DNA of 33,977 bases, taken from the NCBI GenBank assembly GCA_001275005.1, contig JWZX01003083.1:1-33977 (forward strand), given 5' to 3'. Position 1 is the stretch's first letter. Each line of letters starts with the position of its first letter. Position numbers and translations under genes: made by a program. This document shows positions 30,180 through 33,977 of the stretch, piece by piece. The stretch is from Chrysochromulina tobinii. Taxonomy: Eukaryota. The notes beneath the pieces were generated by a model. It was not told the DNA's origin. It made no database searches and was given only the letters and a program-made list of their open reading frames with translations.

Positions 30180-30696
30180 CGCTGATGCACGATGGCGAGA
30201 TCTCGACGCATGTAAGGATTGGCACGGGCGCTCGACCCGGAGAGTCGTTACTGCATGGAGATGATCGAGCCATCATCTAAGTTCGAGACGCAACAGGGTA
30301 TAACCATGAACGCGGCATGCCGCATGAGAGTGTGACCCTCGCCATAGCCGTAAGCCGCGTGACTTGTGCAGCGTGAGAAGACAGAGATATGGTCGTCGGT
30401 GTGGTCACGCGTGGCTCGCACAGATCGCACGACCGACTATTCGCGCCACCCTGTAAAGGGATGCTTCTATTCGCAGTGACGGTTCGCGTGTCGTCGCGCT
30501 CGGCCGGTGTATAATACCAAAGGATAAATAATGACGCCGAACGGAACGCGGCGCAACGCCCGGGGGTGTCGCGGACTCGCGGTGACCGGTGTCGGTACCC
30601 CCTACACGCGTACAGTTCAGCGTGTAGCGCACACTAGAATCCTCCTATGTATTGTTTATCCCGAACCACGATGCTCGATGCTTCGATGCACGATGC

Positions 30697-32184
30697 TCAG
30701 AACGGGAACGCCACATAGTTTCGAACGTTGCACATCCTCAGAGTGCCATTGACAAGCACAATCCTCTCGAGCACGTTTTGCAGGGCAGGCCACGGCAGGA
30801 TAACATCCTGCGAGATGTAGCTGGATCGTTGACGGACGTTGGGGACGTGGCTCAGATTATTACTCTCCAGCTTGTAGTAGCAAAGCTCCCGTTCGCTCGA
30901 TAGGTAGAGATTGGTATACAAAGAGCACGGGCAATCTCCCCTCGTCACGGGCATCACCTCCACGACCGAGCCTCCCGAAGGAAGCGCAAATCCATTGGGG
31001 AGGTCGCTTCCATGCATCGAAATGAAGACGTCCGCTTGGGTGAGCACCTCCGCGTTCTCCAAGGTGCCGTTCCACAGACTGTGGGCGATGCAGTAGGCAC
31101 GAATGCCGTTCGGCGCCACCCATTGATTGCAACGAGAGACGAGCTCCTCTAAGTTGAGGATCTGCCGGCGATTCGTTCGATTCGTGAAGAGGACTCTCAT
31201 TCGGGGCCCAGCCTCTGACGTGGTACGATCGGCGGGCCACAGGGGCGAGACAAGATCCTCGGAGCCCTCCGAGTGCCGGAGCCGAGCGACGCGTGACTGC
31301 GAGCGCAATTTGCCGGCTCGAGACAATAGGAAATGCATCGTGCTCCACGGGCGGCTCTGTCCGGTCGCTGGGTCTCTGAACTTGCAAACCGTCGCCGTCT
31401 GAAAGCAGCGCGGCGCTGGAGCGTCAAACATCCGATACACGCTGCTGTTGAACTCGGTTTCCCCTGAGTACCTCGCCGCCTCATAGTACTCTTGCAGGAT
31501 CCCCGAGAAGTTGCGTGAGCGTAACGCCTCGTGAACTCGGTTTGCCTGGCTCCACGACTGGATGGGATGAGAGAGTGGCTGGATGGCATGCCGACTCATC
31601 GGCTGAAGAAGCGTACTCAACATCTCGGGCGAGCCTAGCGCGGGAATGACGTGTACGCTGGCGTTCTGGGCGTCTACGATCAGCTCGAAGAGTCGAACTG
31701 CGACACGAGCAAAGACCTCGCCGAAGGTGTATGGCATCGTGCCGTAGTAGATCACCGCTGGCTCGTCGGAGAAGCTCGACTGTTCGGGTTTCGCGAGGAG
31801 CGTCGCATTACGACGGAGAAACCTTTGGACTGAAGGTTTCGAAAGTTCGTAATCTTGCGCAGCGAGAATCAACGGTACGAAGTGGTATGGCTGCGTGGCG
31901 TTGGCCATCACCATTGCGACTGGGCGTACATGTGGTCGGAGCTTGCGAAACGGACTCATGGGATCGTCCGCATAAAACACCAACTTCTTCAGCTCGTCCG
32001 CTTCATCCTGGGTCTGAACGGCGAGCTGTTCACCTTGTACGCAAATGTTCGAGACGACGACACAGGTCTGCAGCACAGCATTGAGCGACTTGTTGGATCT
32101 ACTGAAAAGAAAAGAACCCTCCATCGACTGAGAAGGGGCGTTGATCGGCCCAAGGAAGATGGCGCGCGGGATCCACGTGAGCAC
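30697..32184 (-). CDS. Glycosyltransferase family 61-like (DUF563) protein; 5' end uncertain (first ATG 32124)
   Basis: R...RQILNLEEL and ADVFISMHGSDLPNGFALPSGGSVVEVMP match the GT61 C-terminal pattern. Confidence 0.75.
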   Translation of the reverse strand: MLTWIPRAIFLGPINAPSQSMEGSFLFSRSNKSLNAVLQTCVVVSNICVQGEQLAVQTQDEADELKKLVFYADDPMSPFRKLRPHVRPVAMVMANATQPYHFVPLILAAQDYELSKPSVQRFLRRNATLLAKPEQSSFSDEPAVIYYGTMPYTFGEVFARVAVRLFELIVDAQNASVHVIPALGSPEMLSTLLQPMSRHAIQPLSHPIQSWSQANRVHEALRSRNFSGILQEYYEAARYSGETEFNSSVYRMFDAPAPRCFQTATVCKFRDPATGQSRPWSTMHFLLSRAGKLRSQSRVARLRHSEGSEDLVSPLWPADRTTSEAGPRMRVLFTNRTNRRQILNLEELVSRCNQWVAPNGIRAYCIAHSLWNGTLENAEVLTQADVFISMHGSDLPNGFALPSGGSVVEVMPVTRGDCPCSLYTNLYLSSERELCYYKLESNNLSHVPNVRQRSSYISQDVILPWPALQNVLERIVLVNGTLRMCNVRNYVAFPF

Positions 32185-32488
32185 ACCAATTGCTGTACTA
32201 TTGTTTTCGTCCGACTGTCGGCCTGAGCGGGCGTTCGCGGCCGATTGGGTTCGCCGGTCCCAGCTCTCCGCTTGGTCGTTCGGTGTGTTTCGGTTTCGAA
32301 CTAAACCTGGCTGTGAACGTCAAGTCGAACGTCAAGTTATGAACGCGATGCCCGTGACGAAGAAACCATGTCATGCCACATGCACACCAGGGAAAGCAAA
32401 AAGTACCCATCATGGAACATGGTCAGGAACATGGCCCCTCATGTAACCTAAGAGTACGGTGTATCGGTGTTATTGGAGTTCTCAGCTC

Positions 32489-33977
32489 TCACTTGCGATC
32501 GATGCCGCTGAGTACCGCATCAAGCACGAGCTCCTTGGCCCGGGCGGCCTTCCGCTCGGCCCTGCTGGTGCTTCCTCGTAATGAGCGGAGGACCTCCCAT
32601 TCTCGTCCCTCCTGGGGGATGAGCAGCTGCCCGGCGCGCTCGCGGAGCGTACCTGATGAGGGAGGCAATCAGACGTCTTCAGAGGCACTCAGAGGCACTC
32701 AGACGTCACCAGAGATCATCAGACGTCATCAGAGGTCGGGTACCGAGCATGGCCTCGGCGGACAGGAAGAAGGCGTCGACGAAGACAGCCTGGCGCTTCC
32801 GGCTGACCTCCTCTGCGTCGGGAGCGCTCTCGATCACACTCACGTCCACATCGAAGGCCACGCCGCGGTCGGCCGCCGCCGCAGCGTCCGACGTGAGCGC
32901 GCTGCTCTCGCGCCAAAAGGAAGGTGGGTCTGCGGCGGGGCCGTTGAGTGGCCGCGTGCGTGGCTCCGCTTGGCGGGAGGCGCGTGCCGCGTTGCCGTCG
33001 GAGTTTTGTGCAGATCGCAGCACGGTCTCGTCAAGTGCGGCCACACCGGTTAGAGTTTCGTCAAAGTAGGGTACGGCGTCCGCCTCCACCACGCCATCTG
33101 CTGCGTCGAAGTCCGCATCGACGCTCAAGTCATCGAGCGGCAGGAAGTCTGCCGTCACGGACTGCGCATTCGTCCGCGAGTTCGACCTCCCCTCCACGCG
33201 GAGCTCGAGCGTCGCGAACACTTTCGCCGCCGCCTCGACCGCCGCCTCCGCCTCCGCCACAGCTGCCTCGGCCGCCACATCGGCCCCCGATCGAGGTGCC
33301 CAAGTTTCGTCCCAAGTTTCGTCCCGTTTCGTCAGCTTGCGGAGCTCGGCGACCCTCCGCCGCTTTGCCTCCACCTCGGCTCCGACTCCGGATGTGACGG
33401 ACGACGGTGACGGTGGCGGCGGCGGCGGCGGTCGCGCCGTCCGGACCGCCGACACAGGCGTGGCCGCCTGTGCGGCTGACGGAGGCGCGGACGAGAGCTG
33501 ACTAGAGGCCAGGGCCCTTTCCGCAGCGCCGCCGACCGCCTCGCCCAGGCTGCGCATGTCCGCAGCGAGTTTTGAAGTTGGTCCCTTGACGGCCTCGACC
33601 AAGTCGGCCAACGGCCCAAGCTGCGCCCCGCGCTGCAGGTCCGTCGCGTACTCCTGCGCAATCTCGCGCGCGAGCTCGCCCACCAGCCCCACGTCCACCC
33701 CGCCGCCGCCTCCAGTGCCCTTGGCGCCGGAGCCCGATAGGCTGTTACCCAGCGCCTCCGCAACGCGGCGAGCTACCATGCGACCCACAGCCTTGGCAGG
33801 CGGCAACACCCCGTAGACGAAAGCGTCGGCTGAGTCCTTTGTAGCACGCTGACCGAGCGCCGCCGCCACTCTCAGCTGCTTCGTCTCCGTCTCCAGCTGC
33901 CGGCGCCGCTGGCGCTCTAGGCGCTGCGCAACGGGTGAGCTCTGCCGTTGGAAAGCGCCGAGCGCCTGGGCGCCACC
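32489..33977 (-). CDS. Hypothetical Ala-rich protein, 5'-partial, complement(join(32489..32652,32744..>33977))
   Basis: Frame is open to the window edge. Splicing 32653-32743 gives AMLGTLRERAGQLLIPQEGREWEVLRSL...GIDRK* with TGA at 32491-32489. Confidence 0.65.
32653..32743 (-). mobile_element. Introner-like repeat intron (91 bp)
   Basis: G|GTACCCGACCT, seven 10-bp CTG-initiated units, then CCCTCATCAG|GTAC. The 25 bp at 32648-32672 are identical to 5030-5054 in DDX51. Confidence 0.85.

Noticed and set aside
32316..32445. GAACGTCAAGT x2 and CATG-rich repeats; similar TCAAG repeats at 26354-26380
   Set aside because: Short local duplications with no supportable function.

Overview
A compact, GC-rich eukaryotic genomic window, probably an alga. 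The intron style reminds me of haptophytes such as Chrysochromulina, but this is recollection and unverified. It holds about 16 protein-coding genes: RPL8 (uL2), a DBP6/DDX51-like DEAD-box helicase, ATG8, a sperm-tail PG-rich (STPG/SHIPPO) repeat protein, a CRAL-TRIO/Sec14 protein, an EF-hand protein, threonine synthase, a full-size ABCG transporter, SRP54, a bestrophin, a formylglycine-type sulfatase, a GT61-like glycosyltransferase and four hypotheticals. No rRNA, tRNA, CRISPR or transposase is supported. The main signal is a family of related spliceosomal introns in four (possibly five) unrelated genes. Each is built from tandem 10-11 nt units related to CTGATTGCCT and contains a CCTCATCAG terminal module. 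Each is flanked by an exon duplication of variable length (about 5-25 bp) that supplies the donor site, once as GC. Two contain copies of neighbouring exon sequence plus an internal CAG|GT junction. This looks like an active intron-generating process using templated synthesis rather than a fixed-sequence transposon. Other points: a ~40 bp oriented/inverted element in two divergent intergenic regions, an ABCG with one consistently degenerate ATP site of opposite polarity to fungal Pdr5, and a bacterial-like sulfatase.
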